Of a DNA stretch of 64,000 nucleotides, positions 1-9,822 are shown one piece after another. Under the pieces are notes generated by a model. It searched no databases. It saw only the letters and a program-made list of their open reading frames with translations, and was not told where the DNA came from. This DNA comes from Sulfolobales archaeon. GTDB taxonomy: Archaea > Thermoproteota > Thermoprotei_A > Sulfolobales > AG1. The stretch is from NCBI GenBank assembly GCA_038867615.1, contig JAWBYA010000001.1, positions 96,001 through 160,000 on the forward strand, in the 5' to 3' direction. The position numbers were made by a program, and so were the translations under genes. Within the stretch, counting starts at the first letter, position 1. Every line of letters starts with the position of its first letter.

Positions 1-1
1 A

Positions 2-202
2 ACGAGAAGCGTGGTGTGCGGCGTTACATGCACTTTAGGCGATGTTATCCAGTACCCGTGGTTCGAGATAAGATCCGTGGGGCCTATGTCTATAACTAAT
101 TTGATCACAATACCGTTACTGATCTCGTTACTGTTTCTACTGCTAAGCCTCTATGTAGCGGTTGCAAAAGACAGAGAGATCTCTCTAAGTACTTACATAT
201 GA
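2..202 (+). CDS. 3' end of a hypothetical protein with a C-terminal transmembrane helix (runs off the window start)
   Basis: Frame open from position 2 to TGA at 200-202; hydrophobic stretch LITIPLLISLLFLLLSLYVAV. Confidence 0.45.
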   Translation, partial: TRSVVCGVTCTLGDVIQYPWFEIRSVGPMSITNLITIPLLISLLFLLLSLYVAVAKDREISLSTYI

Positions 203-211
203 TCGTTGAAT

Positions 212-464
212 GCCGTAACCAGCTGTTTTTGATTTGGTGATGGTTTATAGAGGGTTGATGTTAAACCTATAGTGTTGTGGGAACATAGTATAAGTTCTAT
301 TATTTTACGGTTGAGCCGGGATGTGGGGGTTTCCCCACAGCAATGAGTCAGAGGAACTCGATGAAGGGGAGCTGTGGGTTGGGGTTTCTCTGGATTGGTG
401 GGGGCCGAGGGAGACGAGGAAGAGCTGTTGGTATAAAAATCAACTGCTATTAAGCCAGAACCCC
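212..464 (+). mobile_element. Non-autonomous tnpB-tail element (family 1), copy A
   Basis: Left end GCCGTAACCAGCTG, core ATGTGGGGGTTTCCCCACAGCAATGAG and right end AAGCCAGAACCCC are shared with copies at 8472, 30478 and 45323. Confidence 0.85.
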
Positions 465-482
465 CACGATCCCGTTGGATAT

Positions 483-1496
483 TTACATATAGTTAACGAA
501 GGAAGACATTGCAACCATATCGAGCAGATACTCAGCTATATCTGTTATATAGTCATAGATTCTCGTTATATGGTAGGCTGATATGTCTCTGGTAAGTCCT
601 AGGCCATAGATCTTCTCGTGGATCGTCTCCTTGCTCTCTATGAGATTCACGAGGGAGGGCATAAGCGTCTCTAGCCTTTCTCCCTTGCCGTTCTGCCTTC
701 TATCGGGATCCTGGATACCGGTTCTGAGTATCTCATCCAATAGCACGTAGTATTTATACATATCTTTTAGCACGAGGTAGATCTTAACCTTATCGCCATC
801 ATCAACATTACTTCCAAGTCTAGCTATAGCTACTAGGTGATCCGAGATCCTCTCTATGAGTCTCACTACTTGAACCATAACATATGATCTCTGTAGATAC
901 TTAGGATCTCTATCGATCTCCGGGTTGCTGAGCATAATATTAAAGATCCTCTCGGCTTCCCTCCTAATAGCGTCGATCTCGTTATCGAGATCCTCGAGCT
1001 CTTCAGCAAAGCCATTCTGCTCCGAGTATGATGATATGGTCAGCTCGAAGAGTGATCTCGCGTTGTTCATCACCCTCCTCACAATAGTTTCAAGACCAGA
1101 GCCCCTCCTCACCTCTCTTAATACTGTGAAATTCCTACCCTCGTCGAATATGCTGAAGCCCGGCATGAGCTTCAAAATAGACATGATCTGTCTCTTGGTA
1201 TCTCGGGAAAGAGGCTTCTTTGATGTGAGCTTTATCTGCTCAGCACCTGACACATAGAGGGCTATTAACAAATGCTTTAGCGAGATCGGGTCATAGTTAT
1301 CCATATCTATATCGGAGTATGTCTTGAGACGTGGAGCGTGGGAGGGCTCTATTATAAGCTTAGACCCAACCCTCCTGATCAGAACCCTTGAGCCCTTCTC
1401 AATCCCGTGGGCTTTGCACCACTCCTTTGGTAGGTATAGAACATATGAGCCCCTAATCTCCTGGATCCTTCTCTCCTCCTCGTGAGAGACGCTCAT
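483..1496 (-). CDS. AbrB/PhoU-family phosphate uptake regulator
   Basis: N-terminal RRIQ..GSYVLYLPKEW AbrB motif followed by PhoU repeats (DNEID, IERISDH). Confidence 0.85.
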   Translation of the reverse strand: MSVSHEEERRIQEIRGSYVLYLPKEWCKAHGIEKGSRVLIRRVGSKLIIEPSHAPRLKTYSDIDMDNYDPISLKHLLIALYVSGAEQIKLTSKKPLSRDTKRQIMSILKLMPGFSIFDEGRNFTVLREVRRGSGLETIVRRVMNNARSLFELTISSYSEQNGFAEELEDLDNEIDAIRREAERIFNIMLSNPEIDRDPKYLQRSYVMVQVVRLIERISDHLVAIARLGSNVDDGDKVKIYLVLKDMYKYYVLLDEILRTGIQDPDRRQNGKGERLETLMPSLVNLIESKETIHEKIYGLGLTRDISAYHITRIYDYITDIAEYLLDMVAMSSFVNYM

Positions 1497-1601
1497 AATC
1501 CCTATATTATTAATCCTTCAGAGGTATTATTATATATCATATGTTTACATATGTACTAATCTGGTTGAGGCGATATATAGCTCCGAAGGGTATCTAGATT
1601 G

Positions 1602-1651
1602 ATGATGAGGCTCGAAAGGGCCGTAGTGATGCGGAGCCCGCGCAGGTCTGA
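1602..1651 (+). ncRNA. Box C/D-like sRNA candidate
   Basis: C box ATGATGA at 1602, internal GTGATG, D box CTGA at 1648-1651; D' box is weak (CCGT); intergenic. Confidence 0.45.
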
Positions 1652-1660
1652 AAAGGATCC

Positions 1661-1733
1661 TTGTTATTGGTTAACCCTAGACTAAGTCTGACGATCCATG
1701 GACTAATCAGTCGCAGGGTTATCCCTATAGCAA
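1661..1733. other. Long imperfect hairpin (possible structured RNA)
   Basis: Nested pairings TTGTTAT/ATAGCAA, TAACCCT/AGGGTTA, GACT/AGTC and AGTC/GACT. Confidence 0.5.
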
Positions 1734-1783
1734 CGAGCTTAAATCCTCTCAGTGTTTAGATAGGGTGAAAGGTGTGTATAAAG

Positions 1784-2296
1784 ATGCCCCAAGACCTGCT
1801 AGGCTTCCTAAAACTATCTTTGAGAAATCTCGAAGACGGTATCGAGAAGGCAGGCTCCTCGGCAAGGGTTTCAGAGCTATCGGTTATAGGGTCGATTAAA
1901 GAGGTGATAAGCTATAGTGAGAAGGTTATTGAGAAAGGACTCTGTCTCTCAAGCTCCAGGGGGATTAAGGGCTTTGGGTATATATGTGACGGTAGGTGGA
2001 GCATTGTTAGCACAGATAATGTCACCTCGATATCGAAGGTTGGGAGCGATATAGCTATATCCTTCAAGAATGGAGAGCTGGGGATATTGAGGGAGGAGGG
2101 TGGCTTGGTGCTTGGACCAAGCTATGTTAGGATTCTGCTGAAGGGATACTCGATAGAGATCCCGTATAACGATTATAGAGAGGCGGGAAGACAGTCACAT
2201 GTTATTAAAAAAGTGCTCCCAATAGTGATAGATACTCTTAGGAAGGCTGATGAGAGCTTTAGCAAGTGTATCAAGCTATATAGGCTTAAATGCTGA
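1784..2296 (+). CDS. Hypothetical protein
   Basis: About 170-aa ORF with host-like codon usage; ATG at 1784; no recognised motif. Confidence 0.7.
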   Translation: MPQDLLGFLKLSLRNLEDGIEKAGSSARVSELSVIGSIKEVISYSEKVIEKGLCLSSSRGIKGFGYICDGRWSIVSTDNVTSISKVGSDIAISFKNGELGILREEGGLVLGPSYVRILLKGYSIEIPYNDYREAGRQSHVIKKVLPIVIDTLRKADESFSKCIKLYRLKC

Positions 2297-2381
2297 CCAT
2301 CTCTTGGGATATCTAAACCCGTATTACCGGCTAAAGGGATATTATTTCTCAAAGCCATGTTGATTCTAGAGGGGGAGGGCT

Positions 2382-3152
2382 CTGGAGATATATCCAGGAT
2401 TAGAGCTAGTTGTAGACACGCCTTTCGCTTATCTGAGGAGGTGGAGAGCTCTTGTTATAGCTGATACCCACCTAGGCTTTGAAGAGGCTATGGGGGAAGC
2501 TGGTTTATATCTACCAAGGGGGCAGCTTAAGCAACTCTTACAGGATCTCGAGACAGCGTTTAGCATGCTTGATATAGGGCTGATAATAATAGCTGGGGAT
2601 CTGAAACACAGATTCGAGAAGCTTGGTGCGCAGGAGAGGAGAGAGATCGAGGAGGTTCTATCTTTTCTGAAGAAAAAGAACTCCGAGGTGATCTTTGTAA
2701 GAGGTAATCATGATAACTATGCATCTATAGTGACATCGAAATACGGTGTAGAGCCAAAACCCTACTATAAGGCTGGATCATTCTTGATAATCCATGGGCA
2801 TCAAGGGTTAGAGAATGTAGTTGGTGAGGATGTTGTAAAAGATACAGAAGTTATTATCTATGGCCATGAGCATCCAAGCATATCGATAAGAGATAGGCTT
2901 GGGAAGATAGCCAAGTTCCCCTGTTTCATAGAGATGCCGTTAAACGTGGGTGATAAGGTAATAAAAGGGCTTATAATGCCAGCCTCAGGGAGCTATCAGG
3001 CAGGCTCTCCAGTAACCACGATCAGGGGTAACTATCTATCACCAATAACCAGGGCTTATGGCGATATAGAGAACGCCAAGCCATATATCCTAGCCAGGGG
3101 AGACGGGATCTTTGAGCTCCCGGCACTAGGCTATATACAGGATCTCATCTAA
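2382..3152 (+). CDS. Metallophosphoesterase (Mre11/SbcD-like, Lhr-associated MPE type)
   Basis: Motifs ADTHLG (upstream of the track ATG), GD, RGNHD, HGH and GHEHP; in-frame CTG at 2382 follows a G-rich ribosome-binding site. Confidence 0.85.
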   Translation: MEIYPGLELVVDTPFAYLRRWRALVIADTHLGFEEAMGEAGLYLPRGQLKQLLQDLETAFSMLDIGLIIIAGDLKHRFEKLGAQERREIEEVLSFLKKKNSEVIFVRGNHDNYASIVTSKYGVEPKPYYKAGSFLIIHGHQGLENVVGEDVVKDTEVIIYGHEHPSISIRDRLGKIAKFPCFIEMPLNVGDKVIKGLIMPASGSYQAGSPVTTIRGNYLSPITRAYGDIENAKPYILARGDGIFELPALGYIQDLI

Positions 3153-3205
3153 CCAAGCTATACCAAGTATCTCTCAATTATATATTAATCTGTACCGAGC
3201 CAGTA

Positions 3206-3883
3206 TTGGGGCTTACATTGACCAGTCATTATGAATCATGGGATATCCTAGTAGAAGATATATTATCATGCACAAAATGCAGACTCCATATGTCTAGGAG
3301 AAAAGCCGTACCTGGCGATGGTAGGAGAGATGCTGAGATCATGCTTATAGGAGAGGCGCCCGGGGCTACAGAGGACGAGCTGGGACTACCCTTCGTGGGG
3401 GCTGCTGGCAAGCTTCTCGATAGTGTTTTGGAGGATATAGGTTTAAAGAGAAGCGATCTATATATAACAAACGTGGTTAAGTGTAGGCCGCCTAACAATA
3501 GGCAACCGGCTAGGGATGAGATAGAGTCATGCTCCCTCTATCTAGAATCACAGATCCTCATGATACGCCCGAAAGTGATAGTGACCCTAGGAAGCGTTGC
3601 TGGGGAATGGGTTGCATCAAAGATGGGGATTAGATGGCTTGGTGTAACCAGGATGAGGGGTAATATATATAGGGGTGATATGTTGGGGATAGAGATCTCG
3701 TTGATCCCTACTTATCATCCCGCAGCGATCCTCAGGAATAAGGGGAATATGGAGGATCTTAAGGCAGATCTAAGGATAGCTGTAGAGGAGCTGGCTAGGA
3801 TAAAGGGTTCTAAAAGATCTTCAGAAGAGAAGGAAGAGAGAAAGGGAGGAAAAAAGACTCTTCTAGACTATATGAAGCTATGA
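3206..3883 (+). CDS. udg: Uracil-DNA glycosylase family 4
   Basis: CTKC Fe-S ligands, GEAPG, KCRPPNNR and YHPAA motifs. Confidence 0.93.
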   Translation: MGLTLTSHYESWDILVEDILSCTKCRLHMSRRKAVPGDGRRDAEIMLIGEAPGATEDELGLPFVGAAGKLLDSVLEDIGLKRSDLYITNVVKCRPPNNRQPARDEIESCSLYLESQILMIRPKVIVTLGSVAGEWVASKMGIRWLGVTRMRGNIYRGDMLGIEISLIPTYHPAAILRNKGNMEDLKADLRIAVEELARIKGSKRSSEEKEERKGGKKTLLDYMKL

Positions 3884-3951
3884 GTATTGCTGGAATATCG
3901 TTTTAGCTAATAAGCATCTCTAGTAATCTATGATTTTGGTGAGGCTCATCC

Positions 3952-4275
3952 TTGAGTAGGGAGAGGGAAGAGGTTGAGGAGGAGATTGAAGAGCTAGAGG
4001 AGGGTGTGGAAGAGACTACTACTGAGGAGGTTGAGGCTGAGGTTGAGGCTTCAGATCTCCTCCTAGGGTTGGATCAAATTAACACAATGATCCATGTAAC
4101 AGAGATCTGGGATTCGGTGGTCTCTGGCAGGATAGATGTTGAGGATGCAAAAAAGCTTCTAAACAGGATCTCCACACCTGTAAAAGGTGTTGAAGAAGAA
4201 GAGGAAGAGGTTGAGGAGGAGGCTAAGAAGGCTAAGGTGCAGAAGAAGACATCTAAGAAGAAGTCAAAGGGCTAG
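3952..4275 (+). CDS. rpo13: DNA-directed RNA polymerase subunit Rpo13
   Basis: Acidic N-terminus, TEIWD..VSGRIDVEDAKKL core and Lys-rich tail, as in Sulfolobus Rpo13. Confidence 0.85.
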   Translation: MSREREEVEEEIEELEEGVEETTTEEVEAEVEASDLLLGLDQINTMIHVTEIWDSVVSGRIDVEDAKKLLNRISTPVKGVEEEEEEVEEEAKKAKVQKKTSKKKSKG

Positions 4276-4383
4276 TGTTATTGATACCTCCTACAGGATC
4301 TCATATGGATTTTATCACTATACCTCTATGCCTAGATATAATGATAGAGCAGCACGTCTCTATGGCTAACGAGGATCGAGATC

Positions 4384-7239
4384 TTGGGTATGGATCCTAA
4401 CAATGTATTTGATCTCCTCAACCCAGTGTTAAGACAAGCAATAAGGAGGCTGGGTTATGAGAAGCCCACGAGGATACAGAGGAGGGCCATACCTATTCTA
4501 CTTAGAACTAAGAAGCACTCTATAGTGATCGCTCCAACCGGGAGTGGTAAGACCGAAGCCGTTCTGTTCCCAGTAATCTCAAGGATCCTTGATAGCGGGG
4601 TTAGGGGTCTCCAGATATTATATATAACTCCTCTGAGGGCTCTTAACAGGGATCTTAGGAATAGGCTTGAGAAGCTCTTCCAATCCGTCGGATTCTCTCT
4701 CGGGGTACTCCACGGAGATACTCCCCAGAGCTCTAGGAGAAGGATTGCCGGCTCTCCACCGACTATGATTATAACGACGCCTGAGACTCTCCAGTATATA
4801 ATGGTTAACAAGGATCTCAGGCAACACCTAGCAAGTATAGGCTATGTGGTTGTCGATGAGGTACACGAACTCATGGGGAGTGAGAGGGGGGCTGAGCTTA
4901 TATCGGCTCTCGAGAGGCTTAAGAGATACTCGCCAAGGTTTATGAGGATCGGTTTATCAGGCACCATAGGCAATCCAGGGGATGCGGCTCTCTTCCTAGC
5001 TGGATCTCTATCTAGTGTGGAGATAATAATAGATAGTAGTAGCAAGCCCTGCGAGGTTTCTGTTATGAGCCCTCTCCCAGGGAGTGTTGATCCCGGCGAT
5101 GATGGTTCCGATCCTTTCTTCGCCTCAAGGATCTCTAAGATCGAAGAGATCGTTAGGAACGCGGGCGGCACCGTGATCATATTCACCAACACCAGGGATC
5201 AGGCTGAAAGACTAGGAGCAGAGCTGAGAAGGAGAGGCATAGCCGTTGGTGTTCACCACGGCTCTCTATCAAGAACTACAAGAGAGGAAATCGAGAGAGA
5301 GCTTAGAGAAGGAGGGTTAAAATCCGTGGTTGCCACATCAAGCCTCGAGCTAGGGATAGATGTTGGTAGTATAGATACTATTATCCAGTACATGTCACCA
5401 CGCCAGGCCCTCAAAATGGTTCAGAGAATAGGTAGGAGCGGTCATAGGGAGGATCTTGTGTCGAAAGGCTATATAATAGCTAGTGAGAATATATATGATC
5501 TTGCTGAGAGTGTTGTAATAGCTAAGAGGACTTGCTCCAGCAATCAGCATAGGGGGATAGAGAGGATAAAGATCCGTAAAAACCCCCTGGACGTCCTAGC
5601 CCACCAGATCGCTGGCTTGGTTCTCGAATATGGTGAGATCTCTATAGACGAGATCATCGATACCCTGTCTAAGGCTTACTGCTTCAGAGAGCTGGAAGCC
5701 CAGCAGGTGGAGAGGGTGGTGGAATTCCTCAGAGATATAGGTGTTATCAGTGTTGCTGAGAATCAGGGGAGAAAGATCCTTAGAAAGGGGAGGAGGACTA
5801 GGCGTTACTATTATAGCGTGACCATGATAGTCGATACTAAGAACTATGAGGTTGTTGATGTTATGAGCAACAGGATCATAGGGGAGCTTGATGAGAGATT
5901 CGTTGCAAAAGAGATCTCCCCAGGCGTTGCTATAGTGCTTGGCGGCTCTATATGGAGGATTCTTGAGATAGAGGGTGAGAAGATCTATGCGGAGCCTGTG
6001 GAGAGCATAGAGGGCTCCATACCTAAGTGGATAGGGCAGCAGATCCCTGTTGATAGAAGGATAGCTAGGGAGGTTTGCAGCCTCTTCAAACTAATAGCCA
6101 TGAGTGGAAAGGACAGCTCAAAGGTTATCTCTACGTATCCTATGGATCAAGGGTCTTTTGAGAGGCTCTCCAGCCTGGTTAATAACCACATATCACGTGG
6201 ATACCCATTACCGGGGGAGAGGCTTATCCTTATAGAGGGTTGGAGAGAGCCTGGGTTAAGCATAGCCGTGATTCACACATGCCTAGGGTCTAGGGGTAAT
6301 GAGACCCTTGGTCTCTATATATCGAGCTTCACAGGTCCTCTAATATCATATAGGGCTACGCCCTATGCACTTATACTAGCATCGACTAGGAGCCTCTCTC
6401 TAAGGGATCTAGAGAGGCTTCTCAGCTCGTGGGAGAGCGAGGATGAGGTTATCTCAAGGGTTATTAACGCAGCAAGGTCTAGCGGTGCTTATAAATGGTA
6501 CGTGGTTGCAGCGGCTAAGAAAATGGGGTTAATGGATAAGGATGTATCTTTTGACGAGGCTATGAAGTATGTGAAGTATCTCGAGGGAACAGTGGTTAAT
6601 GAAGAGGCTATAGGAGATATGGTTCACGAGGAGCTCGATATAGATTCCCTTCTAGAGATGCTTAGAGGTATTAAGAGTGGCGATATAAGGATAGCTACCC
6701 TGGATCTTACAGAGCCAACCCCTCTTGGGGAAGAGATCTATAGGGGTGTATCGGGCTTTGAGAGGGTTAGGAGTCAGTCTATACCAACAGATCTTGCTGC
6801 CGAGCTGGTTAGGAGGAGATTGGAGGAGAAGGAGGCACAGCTGGTATGTATAATGTGTGGATATTCTGAGAATAGGAGGGTAAAGGATCTTCCTGAAAGT
6901 CTTTCATGCCCATCATGCGGCTCCGTATTCCTTGGCGTCAATAAATATGGCTATGAGGGGGCGAGAGATCTTGTTAGAAGGATTGCTAAGGATCCCAGGG
7001 TCTTGAAGGATCCGAGGGCGCTTAGTGATGATGAGAAGAAGGTCGTGGATCTGCTTAGAAGGTCTGCGGATCTTGTTGCTACATATGGTAAAAAAGCTGT
7101 TCTGGTAATGATGGGTAGGGGTATAGGTCCGGAGACGGCTAGGGATATATTATCCTCATCGATTAGCGATACAGATATGTATCTAAAGATCCTTGAGAAG
7201 GAAAAAACCTATATATCTACTAAAAAATACTGGGATTAA
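4384..7239 (+). CDS. lhr: Lhr-family SF2 helicase with C-terminal Zn finger
   Basis: APTGSGKT, DEVH, QRIGRSGH, NPLDVLAHQI and two C-terminal CxxC pairs. Confidence 0.92.
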   Translation: MGMDPNNVFDLLNPVLRQAIRRLGYEKPTRIQRRAIPILLRTKKHSIVIAPTGSGKTEAVLFPVISRILDSGVRGLQILYITPLRALNRDLRNRLEKLFQSVGFSLGVLHGDTPQSSRRRIAGSPPTMIITTPETLQYIMVNKDLRQHLASIGYVVVDEVHELMGSERGAELISALERLKRYSPRFMRIGLSGTIGNPGDAALFLAGSLSSVEIIIDSSSKPCEVSVMSPLPGSVDPGDDGSDPFFASRISKIEEIVRNAGGTVIIFTNTRDQAERLGAELRRRGIAVGVHHGSLSRTTREEIERELREGGLKSVVATSSLELGIDVGSIDTIIQYMSPRQALKMVQRIGRSGHREDLVSKGYIIASENIYDLAESVVIAKRTCSSNQHRGIERIKIRKNPLDVLAHQIAGLVLEYGEISIDEIIDTLSKAYCFRELEAQQVERVVEFLRDIGVISVAENQGRKILRKGRRTRRYYYSVTMIVDTKNYEVVDVMSNRIIGELDERFVAKEISPGVAIVLGGSIWRILEIEGEKIYAEPVESIEGSIPKWIGQQIPVDRRIAREVCSLFKLIAMSGKDSSKVISTYPMDQGSFERLSSLVNNHISRGYPLPGERLILIEGWREPGLSIAVIHTCLGSRGNETLGLYISSFTGPLISYRATPYALILASTRSLSLRDLERLLSSWESEDEVISRVINAARSSGAYKWYVVAAAKKMGLMDKDVSFDEAMKYVKYLEGTVVNEEAIGDMVHEELDIDSLLEMLRGIKSGDIRIATLDLTEPTPLGEEIYRGVSGFERVRSQSIPTDLAAELVRRRLEEKEAQLVCIMCGYSENRRVKDLPESLSCPSCGSVFLGVNKYGYEGARDLVRRIAKDPRVLKDPRALSDDEKKVVDLLRRSADLVATYGKKAVLVMMGRGIGPETARDILSSSISDTDMYLKILEKEKTYISTKKYWD

Positions 7240-7243
7240 AAAC

Positions 7244-8320
7244 CTAGATCCAGGTGAGGTTTTCTAGGAACCTTAGCCTCTTGGGGATCGGTGGGTGTGT
7301 TGCTAGGATCTCTTCGATCGGCGAGTACTCAGATCTCATGATCCTCTCTATATCAGCCCTCGATACTCTGTAGAAGGGCTCTGCAACAGCATCTGTTAAG
7401 GCGTATATGAATAGGGCTCTCATCTTGCTATCCTTAACGCTCTGGTGGATATCCTCGTTCCTGCGGTAGAATATATGTATCTTAGCAAGGGCTGCCTGCA
7501 TGGCGCTCCTACCAGCTGCTCTAGCTCCCTCTAGGTCTGCATAGTATTCTCTAAGTCTGCTGAAGGTTAGGATCAGGATCTGGAGGACAAAGGATACTAT
7601 GACAGCAGCTATCCCTACTGCGGCTATTATGGCGTTTCCAGAGCCGTTTCTCCTTCCACTATTGCCTCCCCATAGTGCTAGGTGCACAAGGCTTACTCCT
7701 AGGTAGTATATAACCGAGGGGAGTATTCCGAGGAAGAGCATTATAGCGTTATCCCTATGCTTGTGATGCCCTATCTCATGCCCTATAACGGCCTCAAGCT
7801 CGTTCTGATCCACAAGCTCCATCATACCGTCGGTAACAGCAACATACTTTCCAGTCACTATGTTTCCATATGCAAATGCGTTGGGCGGACCTCTTACCCT
7901 CACAGCCTTGGGAGGCTTTACACCAAGCCTCTGGGCAACCCTATTAACTATCTCCTGAAGCCTCTGGTCCGGTGTGGCTCCGTAGAATAGGTTTATCATG
8001 AAGGGGGATATTAGGTATGTTATCAGGTTAGCTATTATGACGAAAGCCATTATAGGGACTATAAAGCCCCACACAACCGATGGATCGGTGAGATTTATTG
8101 GAACACCCTGCCACAGCTGGATAGCATATATTATCGCTGCTAGGGTTGCTGAGAAGACGAATATTATCAGGACGAGTGTTAGAGCCATTGAGCTGTATAG
8201 CGATAGAGTTCCTGAGAGTTTCCCAGCAACCTTTGGCGCTATGGTGGCAGCTAGAAGAAACATCACTACATATCCAAGCACTGTTAATACTAATGCTATT
8301 GGGCTAAAGAACAGGAACAT
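7244..8320 (-). CDS. htpX: HtpX-family M48 zinc protease
   Basis: PNAFA, HEIGH, SRLREYYAD and THPP motifs; several transmembrane helices. Confidence 0.9.
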   Translation of the reverse strand: MFLFFSPIALVLTVLGYVVMFLLAATIAPKVAGKLSGTLSLYSSMALTLVLIIFVFSATLAAIIYAIQLWQGVPINLTDPSVVWGFIVPIMAFVIIANLITYLISPFMINLFYGATPDQRLQEIVNRVAQRLGVKPPKAVRVRGPPNAFAYGNIVTGKYVAVTDGMMELVDQNELEAVIGHEIGHHKHRDNAIMLFLGILPSVIYYLGVSLVHLALWGGNSGRRNGSGNAIIAAVGIAAVIVSFVLQILILTFSRLREYYADLEGARAAGRSAMQAALAKIHIFYRRNEDIHQSVKDSKMRALFIYALTDAVAEPFYRVSRADIERIMRSEYSPIEEILATHPPIPKRLRFLENLTWI

Positions 8321-8471
8321 TCCGACTACCCAATGATAGTAGATAGTGTAGAAGCTAATAAGGGTTCGCATATGGAGATCTATGATCCCTATCCTGATGC
8401 ACTAAACATGTGGAGTCATTTTTAAATGATATGAACCTTTCCTCACAATACCATATAGATCCTTGGTGGTT

Positions 8472-8821
8472 GCCATAGCCAGCTGTTTCAGGTTTCATGA
8501 TGGTTTATAGGGGTTGATATTAAACTCGAGGTTCTGCAGTAATGTAACCTTATATAAGCTCTTATATTTCACTGGGATGCCGCCCAACAATGAGGGTGGG
8601 GATAGAGATCCGAGTGGGCGGGTTAAATAAAAAGCCCAGGATGTGGGGGTTTCCCCACAGCAATGAGCCAGAGCAAAGCTATGAAGGGGAGCTGTGGATC
8701 GGGGTCACCTCGAACGGGTGGAGGCCAAGGATATGGGCCCCAATGATAGAGGCCCTGAGGCCCATGAAACCAAGGGAAGAACGGTTGGTATAAAAATCAA
8801 CTGCTATTAAGCCAGAACCCC
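8472..8821 (+). mobile_element. Family 1 element, copy B (long form)
   Basis: GCCATAGCCAGCTG left end, GFPH-coding core, AAGCCAGAACCCC right end; colinear with copy F. Confidence 0.88.
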
Positions 8822-9018
8822 TAAGCAGTACTCTAAACCATCTAGACAAGATCCTGTGATTAGAGTTCCGCGTGGTTAGGCTGAGATCTATCCGTGATCC
8901 GCAAATAAGGAGATCTATGCGTATTGCCTGAAGAATCCCTGTATTCGCTGGTTCTCTGATATTATTGATCGGAAGCTAGCAGAAAGCTAAAAAGCCTTAG
9001 AAGATTATAGAGATATGG

Positions 9019-9094
9019 GCCGGGGTAGCTCAGCTGGTAGAGCGCCGGGCTGTTAACCCGGTGGTCGGAGGTTCGAATCCTCCCCCCGGCGCCA
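9019..9094 (+). tRNA. tRNA-Asn(GTT) with encoded CCA
   Basis: Full cloverleaf: GCCGGGG/CCCCGGC acceptor stem, CCGGG-CTGTTAA-CCCGG anticodon arm, TTCGAAT T loop. Confidence 0.97.
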
Positions 9095-9096
9095 AT

Positions 9097-9408
9097 GCCG
9101 TAACGGGTTGCCTTAGTTTTAATTAAAGTTCTATAGTGATTGGCACCATATTATTAGAGCCCTTATCTATAGCCTCTTTCCAATATTGCCTGTTTTACTG
9201 CTATGAGGTAACCTCTGTACCATGACTCCCTTTTCAACCCTCTACCCGTTTTTCTATCTCCGTTCACATCACAGACAAATATTCCTTAGGTTGTGGCTTA
9301 TCTATAAAACATAAGAGGATCTAATAGAAGAACTGAGCTCTAGAGTCCATGAAGCCAAGAAAATAGCGGCTGGATCCGTGCAGTAACAACAATGAAACCT
9401 GAATTCCT
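9097..9408 (+). mobile_element. Family 1 element, copy C (heavily decayed), immediately after tRNA-Asn
   Basis: GCCGTAAC left end; CATGAAGCCAAG...AGCGGCTGG...ATGAAACCTGAATTCC aligns with the family right end. Confidence 0.55.
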
Positions 9409-9822
9409 TATCTGACCCCTGTGATTCGTAAAAGCCGGGTTTAGATTAATAATTAATCAAAATCACAGGATTAGGAGGTTATGGGATCCTTAACCACAGC
9501 TTCCAGCGTAATAAGTCCTAATAAATGTGTAAAGAAAATCGTTATAGAGATATTCATAGAAACTGTTTTTCTTAATGTTGCTTCGAGAAAACGTAAAATA
9601 TATTAGTTTATATACGGAGTATTCTCGCCAAGCCGAACCGGGTGGGGAATAATGCCCGGATCTATTAAGGGATCTGTAGATGAAAACCCTATCCAACCAT
9701 ATTCAAGGGAAGCCAGCAATTCCTCAGGAGGAATCTCTTTATCCATACGGGCTGGGCGGGGGTCTCTGTATACCAGGGAAAGACGAAGAAGATCAATAAA
9801 TATCAAGGGGCGAGCAGTTAGC

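Noticed and set aside
321-581. ORFs 321-581, 8590-8793, 11683-11901, 30624-30887 and 45346-45660 as real genes
   Set aside because: They lie in or across family 1 repeat copies and are tnpB-tail remnants or antisense frames with inconsistent starts and stops
1600-1626. Hammerhead-like TGATGA-GGCTC-GAAA-GGGCC
   Set aside because: Lacks the C of CUGA and the GAAA core after stem II; stems I and III were not found
8856-8931. Possible C/D sRNA GTGATTA...CTGA...GTGATCC...CTGA
   Set aside because: Guide regions of about 18 and 27 nt are too long and the boxes are degenerate
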